The notes under the pieces are model-generated. The model ran no database searches. It saw nothing but the letters and a program-made list of their open reading frames with translations, and was not told the origin of the DNA. A program made the translations under genes and the position numbers. DNA of 64,000 bases from Rickettsiales bacterium. Its GTDB lineage: Bacteria; Pseudomonadota; Alphaproteobacteria; Rickettsiales; JAIXRX01. Below, one piece after another: positions 17,066 through 27,623 of the stretch. The stretch is from assembly GCA_965247145.1 (NCBI GenBank), contig CBDFGH010000006.1:168778-232777 (forward strand), in the 5' to 3' direction. The stretch's first letter is position 1. Every line of letters starts with the position of its first letter.

Positions 17066-19119
17066 TACCATGGCATGCCTCCGGTCGCGCGCATCACGAC
17101 GAAGAAGGTGATCAACAACACGACCCCGCTGAGCATGACGAATGCGTAATGATAGATGTACCCGCTTTGCAGGCGGCTGGTGATGCCCGCCAGGCGCACT
17201 TGCGTCCAGACCAGCCCGTTCGGGCCGAGGCCGTCCACCACCCGCATATCCAGGAAGCGCCACAGGAAACGGCCCAATGCTTTGGCGGGGCGCACGAAAA
17301 GGAAATCGTAGAGCTCGTCGAAATACCATTTGTTCAGAAAGAAACGATAGAGATGCGGGAAGGTGGCAGCCACTTTGCCCGGCAGATCGGTGCGCTTCAC
17401 ATAGAAGATATAGGCCAGCCCGATGCCCAGCAGCGCGAGAATCAGCGCGGCGTATTTCACCAGCAGGGGCGCATGGTGGGCGTGTTCGATGGCGTTGTGA
17501 TCTTCCAGGGTATGAATCGCGCCGTTCCAGAAAGCCAGATCCGGCGCGGCCATGCCCAGGTGCTCGCCCGCCGCCCCGGCGAACAACGCGCCCAAAGCCA
17601 GCACCACCAGCGGCAACAGCATGATGGCGGGCGATTCGTGAGCCTTATGGCTGTCATGCGCATCATGAGCGTGCGCATGGTCGCAATGAGCGCCATGGAC
17701 GTGATGATGCACAGGTGCAGTGGTTTCCACTTTGTGGTGTCCTGTAGCATCCGCGCGCGAGGTACCGTGGAAGGTCATGAACATCAGGCGGCTGGAATAG
17801 AAGGCGGTGAGGAAAGCGGCGGCCAGACCCATGACGAAGGCATACATATGCGCGGGTTGGTGCTCGGCGGCGTAGGCCGCTTCGATGATCAGATCCTTGG
17901 AATAATAGCCTGCAAAACCGACGCCCGCCGCGCCGATGCCGGCCAAAGCCAACGTGCCGATCCACATATAGGCGTAGGTCCAGGGCATTGCATGCCGCAC
18001 GCCGCCCATGCGGCGCATATCCTGCTCATGATGCAGACCGTGAATCACCGAACCCGCGCCGAGGAAGAGCAGCGCTTTGAAGAAAGCATGCGTCATCAAA
18101 TGGAAAATACCCGCGCTGTAGGCCGAGATACCGCAGGCGAAGAACATGTAGCCCAGCTGCGAGCAGGTGGAATAGGCGATGACGCGTTTGATGTCGTTTT
18201 GCACCAGGCCCACGGTGGCCGCGAAAATGGCGGTGGTCGCGCCGACGATGGTGACCACGGTTAAGGCCGTGGGCGAGAGTTCGAAGAGCGGCGAGCAGCG
18301 CGCGACCAGGAACACGCCCGCCGTCACCATGGTCGCCGCATGGATAAGCGCAGAGACCGGGGTCGGGCCTTCCATCGCGTCCGGCAGCCAGGTGTGCAGG
18401 CCGATCTGGGCGGATTTGCCGCAGGCGCCGATGAAGAGCAGCAGGCAGATCACCGTCATCGCATGCCAATCATGACCGAGGAAATGCATCTGCGCATTCG
18501 CCAGCTCCGGCGCGCGGGCGAAGATTTCGGAGAATTGCAGGCTGCCGAACAGCACGAAGATGGCGAAGATGCTGAGGGCGAAACCGATGTCGCCCACGCG
18601 ATTCACCAGGAAGGCTTTCATCGCCGCCTTGTTCGCTTCGGGCTTTTTGTACCAGAAACCGATCAGCAGGTAAGACGCGAGCCCCACCCCTTCCCAGCCG
18701 AGAAACACCTGCACGAAATTATCCGCCGTCACCAGCATCAGCATGAAGAAGGTGAAGAGGGAGAGATACGCCATGAAGCGCTGGCGGTGCGGGTCTTCGT
18801 GCATGTATCCGATGGAATAGAGATGCACGACGGCGGAAACGCTCGTCACCACCACCAGCATCACGGCGGTCAAGGCATCGACATGCGCGCCGAAGGAGGC
18901 GTGGAAATTGCCGGAGGCGATCCATTCGAACCAGCTTTCGTGGATGAGATTCTGGTCGATCGCGACTTGCTTGAAGGTGATGGCGGCGAGAATGGCGGTG
19001 AGCACCAGCAGACCGGAGGTAAGCAACTCAACCGTGCGCGCACCCAGCACGCGGCAGAACAGGCCGCCCACCAGGGCGCCGAATAACGGAAGGAGAACGA
19101 CGGCGGAAGCGAGGCCCAT
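17065..19119 (-). CDS. nuoL: NADH-quinone oxidoreductase subunit L
   Basis: 684-aa antiporter-like subunit with a long C-terminal extension, in canonical position between nuoK and nuoM. Confidence 0.95.
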   Translation of the reverse strand: MGLASAVVLLPLFGALVGGLFCRVLGARTVELLTSGLLVLTAILAAITFKQVAIDQNLIHESWFEWIASGNFHASFGAHVDALTAVMLVVVTSVSAVVHLYSIGYMHEDPHRQRFMAYLSLFTFFMLMLVTADNFVQVFLGWEGVGLASYLLIGFWYKKPEANKAAMKAFLVNRVGDIGFALSIFAIFVLFGSLQFSEIFARAPELANAQMHFLGHDWHAMTVICLLLFIGACGKSAQIGLHTWLPDAMEGPTPVSALIHAATMVTAGVFLVARCSPLFELSPTALTVVTIVGATTAIFAATVGLVQNDIKRVIAYSTCSQLGYMFFACGISAYSAGIFHLMTHAFFKALLFLGAGSVIHGLHHEQDMRRMGGVRHAMPWTYAYMWIGTLALAGIGAAGVGFAGYYSKDLIIEAAYAAEHQPAHMYAFVMGLAAAFLTAFYSSRLMFMTFHGTSRADATGHHKVETTAPVHHHVHGAHCDHAHAHDAHDSHKAHESPAIMLLPLVVLALGALFAGAAGEHLGMAAPDLAFWNGAIHTLEDHNAIEHAHHAPLLVKYAALILALLGIGLAYIFYVKRTDLPGKVAATFPHLYRFFLNKWYFDELYDFLFVRPAKALGRFLWRFLDMRVVDGLGPNGLVWTQVRLAGITSRLQSGYIYHYAFVMLSGVVLLITFFVVMRATGGMPW

Positions 19120-19122
19120 GAA

Positions 19123-19455
19123 CTATCCGTGCAATTGATTGATGTCTTCGACCGCGATGGTGCCGCGGTTGCGATAGAAAGTAACGAGAATGGCGAGCCC
19201 GATGGCGGCTTCGGCGGCGGCGACCGTCAGCACGAAGACGGTGAAGACCTGCCCCGTGAGATCATGCAGCATTGTGGAGAAGGCCACGAAATTGATGTTC
19301 ACCGAAAGCAGCATCAATTCCACCGAAAGCAGGATGGTGATGATGCTCTTGCGGTTGATGAACATGCCGCAGACGCCGATGACGAAGAGAATACCCGACA
19401 AGATCAGGTAATGCAGAATGCCGACGGAGCCGAAGAAGGGTTGCATGGAAAGCAT
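19123..19455 (-). CDS. nuoK: NADH-quinone oxidoreductase subunit K
   Basis: ~100-aa 3-TM protein with [13 protein letters not shown]...[20 protein letters not shown]. Confidence 0.95.
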   Translation of the reverse strand: MLSMQPFFGSVGILHYLILSGILFVIGVCGMFINRKSIITILLSVELMLLSVNINFVAFSTMLHDLTGQVFTVFVLTVAAAEAAIGLAILVTFYRNRGTIAVEDINQLHG

Positions 19456-19456
19456 G

Positions 19457-20080
19457 TTATGCCCCTTCCCCGGATTGCACTTGGACTATGCGCATCGCAT
19501 CCGACTTTTTGCGGTTGATCTGGCGCGAAATATTCTGGCGGCGCACATCCTTGCCATGGCGCAGGGTGAGCACGATGGCCCCGACCATGGCGACCAGCAA
19601 GATCAGCCCGGCCACCTGGAAGGGCAGCAGGAAATGGGTGTAGAGCACCTGGCCCACGGCCTGGGTATTGGTGGTAGTGGCGGCGGAAACCGTGGTGGTC
19701 GCGGCGCTCATCGCGCCTTCGTAGCCGGGCAGCTGATTCGAGGCGCGGAAGATCAGCACCAATTCGCCCAACAGAACCACCCCGATGATCGCGCCGATGC
19801 CCGCATAGCGCAAAAAGCCCTGGCGCAGTTCCGCGACATTGATATTCAGCATCATGACGACGAAGATGAACAATACCGCCACCGCGCCGACATAAACGAT
19901 CACTAAAGTCATGGCGATATATTCCGCCCCGAGCAGCAGCATGAGGGCGGCGGCATTGAAGAAACCGAGAATGAGGAAGAACACGCTGAGCACGGGGTTC
20001 CGCGCGGTGATGACGAGCAGACCCGACACCACGGTGAGCGCGGCGAAGAAGTAGAAGAGGAGTGTGGTGATATCCAGCAC
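19457..20080 (-). CDS. nuoJ: NADH-quinone oxidoreductase subunit J
   Basis: 207 aa starting [30 protein letters not shown], as is typical of NuoJ. Confidence 0.93.
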   Translation of the reverse strand: MLDITTLLFYFFAALTVVSGLLVITARNPVLSVFFLILGFFNAAALMLLLGAEYIAMTLVIVYVGAVAVLFIFVVMMLNINVAELRQGFLRYAGIGAIIGVVLLGELVLIFRASNQLPGYEGAMSAATTTVSAATTTNTQAVGQVLYTHFLLPFQVAGLILLVAMVGAIVLTLRHGKDVRRQNISRQINRKKSDAMRIVQVQSGEGA

Positions 20081-20152
20081 AGGCGGCTCAGTTTGGTTCG
20101 ATGGGTGAGGTCATAGTGGGTTTTGAATCACGCGTCCAGAATTTGAAGTATC

Positions 20153-20485
20153 TTACGATAAGACTTCACTCTGTTTCTTTTTCGATTGGCGAATAAGGCA
20201 CCATAGGCCGAATGCAACGAGCAAAACAATCACCGCCATATATTGCCAGAGTGGCAAAAAGATCATGATAAGGCCACTGGTGGATCGCAAATGGCTGGGC
20301 GAAAATTCCGAAAGATAAATGAGTACCGACCCCGCAGCCATGAGCGCTTGCGCGATGAGTGCCATTTTCTTATCCCTGTCTCGCAAACAGCCGACAATGA
20401 TCAGCCAAGCATATTGTGGACCAGCAGCCCACGCAGCCATCGTCAAGCTCATCACCGTCGCATCAGGGGTTAACCAAGCAGACAC
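20153..20485 (-). CDS. hypothetical membrane protein inserted between nuoI and nuoJ
   Basis: 110 aa with 3-4 hydrophobic segments. AT-richer than neighbours, same strand as nuo, with ~70-nt gaps on both sides. Confidence 0.55.
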   Translation of the reverse strand: MSAWLTPDATVMSLTMAAWAAGPQYAWLIIVGCLRDRDKKMALIAQALMAAGSVLIYLSEFSPSHLRSTSGLIMIFLPLWQYMAVIVLLVAFGLWCLIRQSKKKQSEVLS

Positions 20486-20552
20486 TATGCATATGTAGAG
20501 CAGACAGATAATGATAGAAATTCAAAGGGATGAATTTTTAAACATAACAAGC

Positions 20553-21044
20553 CTACCGGTAAGCCGCATCCGCGCTCAAATTCGCGGCGATCGCCGCTTC
20601 CCATTGCGCGCCATTCTCCAGCAATTTCGTTTTATTATAAAGCAGTTCTTCGCGCGTTTCGGTGCTGAACTCGAAGTTCGGGCCTTGCACGATGGCATCC
20701 ACCGGGCAGGCTTCTTGACAGAAACCGCAATAGATGCATTTCACCATGTCGATGTCGTAGCGCGTGGTGCGGCGGCTGCCATCCCCGCGCGATTCGGCTT
20801 CGATGGTGATGGCCTGCGCCGGGCAGATCGCCTCGCAGAGTTTGCACGCGATGCAGCGTTCTTCCCCGTTCGCATAACGGCGCAGCGCATGCTCGCCACG
20901 GAAGCGCGGGGAGATCGGGCCTTTTTCGTAGGGGTAGTTCAGCGTCACCTTCTTCTTGAAGAAGTATTTCAGCGTGATCCACAAACCCTGCACGAGTTCG
21001 ATCAGCAAGAAGGAGCGGAAGGATTGGGCGATCATGGTAGGCAT
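20553..21044 (-). CDS. nuoI: NADH-quinone oxidoreductase subunit I
   Basis: Two 4Fe-4S motifs, [12 protein letters not shown] and [12 protein letters not shown]; 163 aa from ATG 21044. The ORF-track extension to 21146 translates a hairpin repeat (AGIH...IPAFAGMT). Confidence 0.95.
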   Translation of the reverse strand: MPTMIAQSFRSFLLIELVQGLWITLKYFFKKKVTLNYPYEKGPISPRFRGEHALRRYANGEERCIACKLCEAICPAQAITIEAESRGDGSRRTTRYDIDMVKCIYCGFCQEACPVDAIVQGPNFEFSTETREELLYNKTKLLENGAQWEAAIAANLSADAAYR

Positions 21045-21065
21045 CCTCGGGTTGGCTTTTGGTTT

Positions 21066-21150
21066 CGTCATCCCCGCAAAGGCAGGGATCCACGATCTTA
21101 CTTCCTCGAAGAAAGGAATTTCGTGGATGCCCGCCTGCGCGGGCATGACG
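21066..21150. repeat. nested GTCATCC...GCATGAC palindromic element (nuoH/nuoI junction)
   Basis: cgtcatccccgc-aaag-gcagggatccacga...ttcct-cgaagaa-aggaa...tcgtggatgcccgc-ctgc-gcgggcatgacg: nested inverted repeats spanning 85 bp. Confidence 0.8.
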
Positions 21151-21155
21151 GTGTA

Positions 21156-22175
<1,020 letters not shown>

Positions 22176-22198
22176 CGTGTCGGTCCTTTTCTAATTCG

Positions 22199-22240
22199 TC
22201 ATTCCCCGAATTTTCCAAAGGAAAATTATAGGGGAATCCT
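22199..22240. repeat. hairpin element at the nuoG/nuoH junction
   Basis: cgtcattcccc-g-aattttcc-aaa-ggaaaatt-ata-ggggaat: nested stem with the same CGTCAT lead-in as the other hairpin elements. Confidence 0.65.
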
Positions 22241-24304
22241 TTACGCGGCTTGCGCTTCCTGACCCACCTGCCCCATGCGGCTGCATTCGGCCATGGTTTT
22301 GCTGACGCGGCTGATGGGGTCGGTGCGGTAGAAATCTTCGATCGGGTAGCTGAAGGGCGCGCTGTTGGCGGGCAAGGCGTTGGCCAGGCGCGAGGCTTTC
22401 CATTCCGCGGGGGTCACGCGCTCATAGGCGGCACCCGGCAGGGATTTCAGCATGCCCGCGCGCACTTCTTCGTAGGTCTCGTAGGGCAGGGTTTTGCCCA
22501 GAGCCTCGCTCAAAGCGCGCAGTACTTTCCAGCTTTCCCGCGCTTCGCCACGCGGGCCCACGGCACGCACGGCCTGTTGCAGGCGGCCTTCGGTGTTCAT
22601 GTAGCTGCCATGCTGTTCGGTGTAGGCGGCGGAAGGCAGAATCACATCCGCCCGCGAAGCACCCGCATCCCCATGGTGGCCTTGATAGACCACGAAAGTA
22701 TGGGCGCCGATTTCGTGTGCGGAAATTTCATCCGCGCCCAGCAGATACAATATATCGAGCGCATCCGTACGGCTGGCGGCGAGCATATCCGCCACGTTCA
22801 GGCCTTGCGCGGCAGGCACGAAACCGAGTTCCAGCGCGCCGACGCGGCTGGCGGCTTTGTGCAGCAGGTTGAAGCCGTTCCAATCCGCCTTCACCACGCC
22901 GGAAGCTTCGGCAATCGCCATCGCCATCGCCAGAATCGCCGCACCGTCTTCGCGCGCCACGGCACCTGCGCCCAGGATGATCATCGGGCGTTGCGCTTTT
23001 TGCAGCGCGGCGAATACTTCGCCTTTGGCGGAATGCAGATCGTTCAAAATGCTGGGGGATTCGCCCAGCCAGGTGACTGGATAGGTCAGCGCGGTCTCCG
23101 GCCCGATGGCGAAGATGTTTTTCAAGCTGCCATGCAGATAGCCCTTGCGGATACGGCTGTTCAGCACCGCCGCCTCATGGCGCGGATTGGTGCCGATGAG
23201 CAGGATCGCGTCCGCTTCCTCGATACCGGCGAGGCCGCTATTGAAGCGCCAGGAACCGCGATTGGCCGCGTCCAGAGCAGCGCCGTCCTGGCGGCAGTCG
23301 ATGTTGCCGGAACCTAAGGAAGCGAAAAGCTGGCGGGCGAGGAAGAGCGATTCCATCTCCACCAGATCGCCCGCGATCACGCCCATGCGGTTGCCTGCGC
23401 TGGCTTTCGCTTTTTCGGCGATGGCGGCGAAGGCTTCGGCCCAGCTGGCGGGCTGCAGGCGGCCATCGCGGCGCACATAGGGGCGATCCAGGCGCTGGTA
23501 GCGCAGGCCGTCGCAGGCGTGGCGGGTTTTATCGGAAATCCATTCCTCGTTCACCGCTTCGTTGATGCGCGGCAGCACGCGCAGCACCGCATCCATCCGC
23601 GCATCCACGCGGATGTTGCTGCCCAGGGCGTCATGCACGTCGATCGATTCGGTTTTCTTCAATTCCCACGGCCGCGCCACGAAGGCATAGGGCCGCGAGG
23701 TGAGCGCGCCCACGGGGCAGAGATCGACGAGATTCCCCGCCAGCTCGGACTGGATGGCTTTTTCCAGTGTGGTGATTTCGGTGTGTTCGCCGCGGCCCAA
23801 GGTGCCGATGGCGGGCACGCCCGCGACATCTTCGGCGAAGCGCACGCAGCGGGTGCAATGGATGCAGCGCGTCATCTGCGTCTTGATGACCGGGCCCATG
23901 AATTTGTCTTCGACCGCGCGCTTTTCCTCGTGGTAGCGGCTGGTGCCGCGACCAAAGGCCATGGATTGATCCTGCAGATCGCACTCGCCACCCTGATCGC
24001 AGATCGGGCAGTCCAGCGGATGGTTGGCCAGCAGGAATTCCATCACGCCTTCGCGCGCCTTCTTCACCATCGGCGTGTTGGTTTTCACCACCATGTTTTC
24101 GGCCACCGGCAATGCACAGGAGGCTTGCGGCTTCGGCGGGCCGGGCGAAACTTCGACCAGGCACATGCGGCAATTGCCCGCGATGGCGAGTTTTTCGTGA
24201 TAGCAGAAGCGCGGAATTTCCACGCCCGCTTTTTCGCAGGCCTGAATGACCGTGGAGCCTGCCGGAACTTCGATCTCGGTGCCGTCGATGGTGAGTTTGG
24301 TCAT
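22241..24304 (-). CDS. nuoG: NADH-quinone oxidoreductase subunit G
   Basis: N-terminal Fe-S cysteine clusters (CYHEKLAIAGNCRMCLVEV; HPLDCPICDQGGECDLQD; CIHCTRCVRF); 687 aa. Confidence 0.96.
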   Translation of the reverse strand: MTKLTIDGTEIEVPAGSTVIQACEKAGVEIPRFCYHEKLAIAGNCRMCLVEVSPGPPKPQASCALPVAENMVVKTNTPMVKKAREGVMEFLLANHPLDCPICDQGGECDLQDQSMAFGRGTSRYHEEKRAVEDKFMGPVIKTQMTRCIHCTRCVRFAEDVAGVPAIGTLGRGEHTEITTLEKAIQSELAGNLVDLCPVGALTSRPYAFVARPWELKKTESIDVHDALGSNIRVDARMDAVLRVLPRINEAVNEEWISDKTRHACDGLRYQRLDRPYVRRDGRLQPASWAEAFAAIAEKAKASAGNRMGVIAGDLVEMESLFLARQLFASLGSGNIDCRQDGAALDAANRGSWRFNSGLAGIEEADAILLIGTNPRHEAAVLNSRIRKGYLHGSLKNIFAIGPETALTYPVTWLGESPSILNDLHSAKGEVFAALQKAQRPMIILGAGAVAREDGAAILAMAMAIAEASGVVKADWNGFNLLHKAASRVGALELGFVPAAQGLNVADMLAASRTDALDILYLLGADEISAHEIGAHTFVVYQGHHGDAGASRADVILPSAAYTEQHGSYMNTEGRLQQAVRAVGPRGEARESWKVLRALSEALGKTLPYETYEEVRAGMLKSLPGAAYERVTPAEWKASRLANALPANSAPFSYPIEDFYRTDPISRVSKTMAECSRMGQVGQEAQAA

Positions 24305-24311
24305 GGTCTGC

Positions 24312-24518
24312 TCAGTGAAAGAATGTTTCTTTAGTTAGTCCGGATTGCCGCACGATGGAAGCGAAGGTTCCTTGCGGTGTGCCGGGCTTAGGGTGTGGCA
24401 CGATCACCGTGCGTTCGCCGCGTACGTATTTGGCGTGACTGCCGCGCTTGGATTTGAAGATGAATCCCTCTCGTTCCAGCACCGCGATGATCTCCCGTGA
24501 GCTTAAAAGCTTAGCCAT
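24312..24518 (-). CDS. hicA: HicA-family mRNA interferase toxin
   Basis: 68 aa; LEREGFIFKSKRGSHAKYVR...VIVPHP...GTFASIVRQSGL matches the HicA/YcfA pattern (GSH motif). Overlaps hicB by 8 nt, and its stop lies 7 nt before the nuoG start. Confidence 0.85.
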   Translation of the reverse strand: MAKLLSSREIIAVLEREGFIFKSKRGSHAKYVRGERTVIVPHPKPGTPQGTFASIVRQSGLTKETFFH

Positions 24519-24720
24519 GAATCGTGCTTTCGCCGATCATCGCCAGTTCTATCGGCACAAAATCTGCCGGATCGTGATCTTCAAAATACAGTTCCACCGC
24601 TTCGCGAATGTTGCGCACCGCTTCGTCGATCGAATCACCGAAAGTGCTCACATCCACGTTCAGGCATTGCGCCACGTAATGTTCGCCTTCCTTGGTCACG
24701 ACATATTGAATGCTGCGCAT
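24511..24720 (-). CDS. hicB: HicB-like antitoxin (short form, no DNA-binding domain)
   Basis: 69 aa; YVVTKEGEHYVAQCLNVDVSTFGDSIDEAVRNIREAVELYFE matches the HicB/UPF0150 N-terminal fold pattern. Sits immediately upstream of hicA. Confidence 0.8.
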   Translation of the reverse strand: MRSIQYVVTKEGEHYVAQCLNVDVSTFGDSIDEAVRNIREAVELYFEDHDPADFVPIELAMIGESTIHG

Positions 24721-24735
24721 GGCTCGCGTTCCTCG

Positions 24736-25410
24736 TTACTTCAGTTCTTTTTGAATGTTGTTCTTCGCACAGGGGAATTTGATCACCAAGGCGTTGATGA
24801 TTTCCTGGGCGGCGGGGGCTTTGGTGGGGCGGTCGGGGCGGGCTTTGCGCCATTCCTGAATGGCCGTCATCACCTCGGCATCGGTCATCTGCAGTTTGGG
24901 TTTCATGTCCGCGCCGCAGAAAAGCGTTTTGCCTTCCAGGGCTTTTTCCTTTTTGGCTTTCACTTCGAAGAAAGCGAGCGCCATATCGAGCGTGCCGGCG
25001 ATGTAGGCATGGCAGAGATTCTGGTCGGGTTCGGCTTTCGCATCGCACTTTTCCAGCAATTCGCTGAAGCGCATGCCCAAGGAACACATTTCCGATTTGG
25101 TGGCGATGAGATGCTGCAGGAGGATGTAGGAAGCCGGGGTTTCGGGGTCTTTGGCAGCGGCAAAGAGACCTTTGGGACCGTCCACCGCATCCATCACCGC
25201 GTCCAGCGTTTTGATGTCTTTTTCCTCGCAGCCTTCATGCTTGCTGTGCAGCAGCCAATAGCGCTCCGAACCGCCCAGGGCATACGCCCGGCATATCGGG
25301 CTGCCCGCCGTGCAGATGGGTTTCAGCTCGCCCGCATTGGTGAAGGCGCTGGCCGCGATGGGCAGCAGCGAAGCCAGCCCGAGGATAATGGTAGAAATCA
25401 AAATACGCAT
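24736..25410 (-). CDS. periplasmic protein with Rap1a/Tai4-like domain(s)
   Basis: Signal peptide MRILISTIILGLASLLPIAASA. The C-terminal half LCHAYIAGTLD...LFCGAD...TDAEV...W...RPD...PAAQEIINALVIKFPC fits the Rap1a/Tai4 Cys pattern, and the N-terminal half is a degenerate copy. Confidence 0.6.
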   Translation of the reverse strand: MRILISTIILGLASLLPIAASAFTNAGELKPICTAGSPICRAYALGGSERYWLLHSKHEGCEEKDIKTLDAVMDAVDGPKGLFAAAKDPETPASYILLQHLIATKSEMCSLGMRFSELLEKCDAKAEPDQNLCHAYIAGTLDMALAFFEVKAKKEKALEGKTLFCGADMKPKLQMTDAEVMTAIQEWRKARPDRPTKAPAAQEIINALVIKFPCAKNNIQKELK

Positions 25411-25425
25411 AAGACTCTCGTTTTT

Positions 25426-25451
25426 GTCATCCCAGCGAATGCTGGGATGAC
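25426..25451. repeat. perfect GTCATCC...GGATGAC hairpin (nuoF / next-ORF junction)
   Basis: gtcatcccagc-gaat-gctgggatgac: 11-bp perfect stem with a 4-nt loop. Confidence 0.9.
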
Positions 25452-25457
25452 GTTACA

Positions 25458-26741
25458 TTAAGCAGCCACCTGTGCTTGTTTGAATGCCGCGATGCGCGCT
25501 TCGACCATGGGGCGGAAGTGGCGCATGAGGCCTTGGATGGGCCAGGCGGCCGCATCGCCCAAAGCGCAGATGGTGTGGCCTTCGATGCGGGTGGAGAGAT
25601 CGAGCAGATGGTCGATCTCCTCGACTTCCGCATTACCCGCAGCCAGGCGCTCCATCATCCGCCACATCCAGCCCGTACCCTCGCGGCACGGCGTGCATTG
25701 GCCGCAGGATTCGTGCATGTAGAATTTGGAGAGGCGCGCGATGGCTTTGATGAGGTCGGTGGATTTATCCATTACGATGACCGCCGCCGTGCCGAGGCCG
25801 GAGCGTTGCTCGCGCAAGCTATCGAAATCCATCAGCACCGTGTCGCAGATGTCTTTCGGCAGCAGCGGCACGGAAGAGCCGCCGGGAATGATGGCCAGCA
25901 GATTATCCCACCCGCCGCGCACGCCACCGGCATGTTTCTCGATAAGTTCTTTGAGCGGAATGCCCATTTCCTCTTCGACGTTGCAGGGGTTGTTCACATG
26001 CCCGCTGATGCAGAACACCTTGGTGCCGGTATTGTTGGGCCGCCCCAACGCCGCAAACAAGGCCGGGCCGCGGCGCAGAATGGTGGGTACGACGGCGATG
26101 GATTCGACGTTGTTCACCGTGGTCGGGCAGCCCCACACGCCCATGGCTGCCGGGAAAGGCGGTTTCAGGCGCGGCTTGCCCATTTTGCCTTCCAGCGATT
26201 CGATCAGCGCGGTTTCTTCCCCGCAGATATAGGCGCCCGCGCCGCGATGGACGTAGATCTCGAAATCATAACCCGAACCGCAAGCGTTCTTGCCCAGGAA
26301 ACCCGCCGCGCGCGCTTCGTCGATCGCGGCTTCCAGCCGGTCCGCTTCCTCGCGGAATTCGCCGCGGATGTAGATGTAGGCCGCCACCGCGCGGATGGCG
26401 AAGCCGCCGATGAGGCAACCTTCCAGCAATTTGTGCGGCTCGTGGCGCATCATGTCGCGGTCTTTGCAGGTGCCGGGCTCGCCCTCATCCGCATTGACCA
26501 CCAGATAGCTGGGGCGGCCATCGCTTTGCTTCGGCATGAAAGACCATTTCATGCCCGTGGAGAACCCTGCCCCGCCGCGCCCGCGCAAGCCGGATGCCTT
26601 CACTTCCTCGATGATCGCTTCCTGGCCTTTGGCCAGAATCGCTTTGGTATTGTCCCAATCGCCGCGCGCTTGCGCCGCGTTCAAACGCCAGTCGTGGAAA
26701 CCGTAGAGGTTCTGGAAAATACGGTCTTCGTTCTTCAACAT
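25458..26741 (-). CDS. nuoF: NADH-quinone oxidoreductase subunit F
   Basis: [20 protein letters not shown] motif and [12 protein letters not shown] 4Fe-4S motif; 427 aa from ATG 26741 ([14 protein letters not shown]). Confidence 0.96.
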   Translation of the reverse strand: MLKNEDRIFQNLYGFHDWRLNAAQARGDWDNTKAILAKGQEAIIEEVKASGLRGRGGAGFSTGMKWSFMPKQSDGRPSYLVVNADEGEPGTCKDRDMMRHEPHKLLEGCLIGGFAIRAVAAYIYIRGEFREEADRLEAAIDEARAAGFLGKNACGSGYDFEIYVHRGAGAYICGEETALIESLEGKMGKPRLKPPFPAAMGVWGCPTTVNNVESIAVVPTILRRGPALFAALGRPNNTGTKVFCISGHVNNPCNVEEEMGIPLKELIEKHAGGVRGGWDNLLAIIPGGSSVPLLPKDICDTVLMDFDSLREQRSGLGTAAVIVMDKSTDLIKAIARLSKFYMHESCGQCTPCREGTGWMWRMMERLAAGNAEVEEIDHLLDLSTRIEGHTICALGDAAAWPIQGLMRHFRPMVEARIAAFKQAQVAA

Positions 26742-26742
26742 G

Positions 26743-27615
26743 TCATTTCGCCTTATTCGCAGGAATGGTGGGCGTGGGAGCGGCTTTACCCGAAAAAAGT
26801 GCGCGTAGCGGCGCATCCAATATCAGTTTGGAAGGCAGGGCCACATCCACCACCACCGGCTCGTCCTTTTTGCCGATGCTGAGCATCTCGATGTCCAACC
26901 CTTTGGGTGTATAATAATAACCAAGGCAATTCGGGCATTCACCCATTTTGAAGGGGCGCGCGAAGCCCGGCGCGTCGATCGGGCGGGCCTGAATTTTCTG
27001 CTGGCGCAAGATTTCTTTGTTGATCGCTTCGTCCTGATTCGCGCCGAGCAGATCGATAAGATTCACCGCTTCTCCCGTGGCGATATTCAGCAACAAACCA
27101 CGGTGAGACAATACCGGCTCTTCGCTACCGTCCCGGTCGTAATAGCGATAGGTCATGCCGATATAGTCGCCTTTCAGGAAAGTCACCGTTCCTTCGAGGG
27201 TACTGACAATGGCGGCACTGGCCAGAAAATCGCGGGGTCTGCCTGCCTGTTTTTGACTATAATTCGGCGGGCATACCCCTTCCTCAACGCCTGCCTGGGT
27301 AAAAGCTTTCAACGCGTCGTTCAGCGCTTCGGCGTGCGGCAAGGCGTTTGCGTTGGGTGGCTCGGCGGGCTCGGCAAGGTGACGGTCGGTCGCCGCTTTG
27401 GCGGCAGCGGCGGTAACGAAGCGGGGATAGGCGGTATCAATTGCGCAGAAACATGCAGGTATCGCCCCTTTCTTGGCCATACATGCGGGATCGGCCAAGA
27501 CGGCGCGCGCTTTCACCCGCTCTTCCAGATAGGCGGGCCACGCCAGCACTGCGGGCTCTGCGGCCAGCGCGGGCAACGGCAGCAGCAAAATCAGAAGCAG
27601 AAGTGCATGGCGCAT
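26743..27615 (-). CDS. hypothetical periplasmic protein inserted between nuoE and nuoF
   Basis: 290 aa from ATG 27615 with signal peptide [19 protein letters not shown]. Stop lies 1 nt before the nuoF ATG and start 8 nt after the nuoE stop. No confident family. Confidence 0.65.
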   Translation of the reverse strand: MRHALLLLILLLPLPALAAEPAVLAWPAYLEERVKARAVLADPACMAKKGAIPACFCAIDTAYPRFVTAAAAKAATDRHLAEPAEPPNANALPHAEALNDALKAFTQAGVEEGVCPPNYSQKQAGRPRDFLASAAIVSTLEGTVTFLKGDYIGMTYRYYDRDGSEEPVLSHRGLLLNIATGEAVNLIDLLGANQDEAINKEILRQQKIQARPIDAPGFARPFKMGECPNCLGYYYTPKGLDIEMLSIGKKDEPVVVDVALPSKLILDAPLRALFSGKAAPTPTIPANKAK

Positions 27616-27623
27616 GGAAACTC

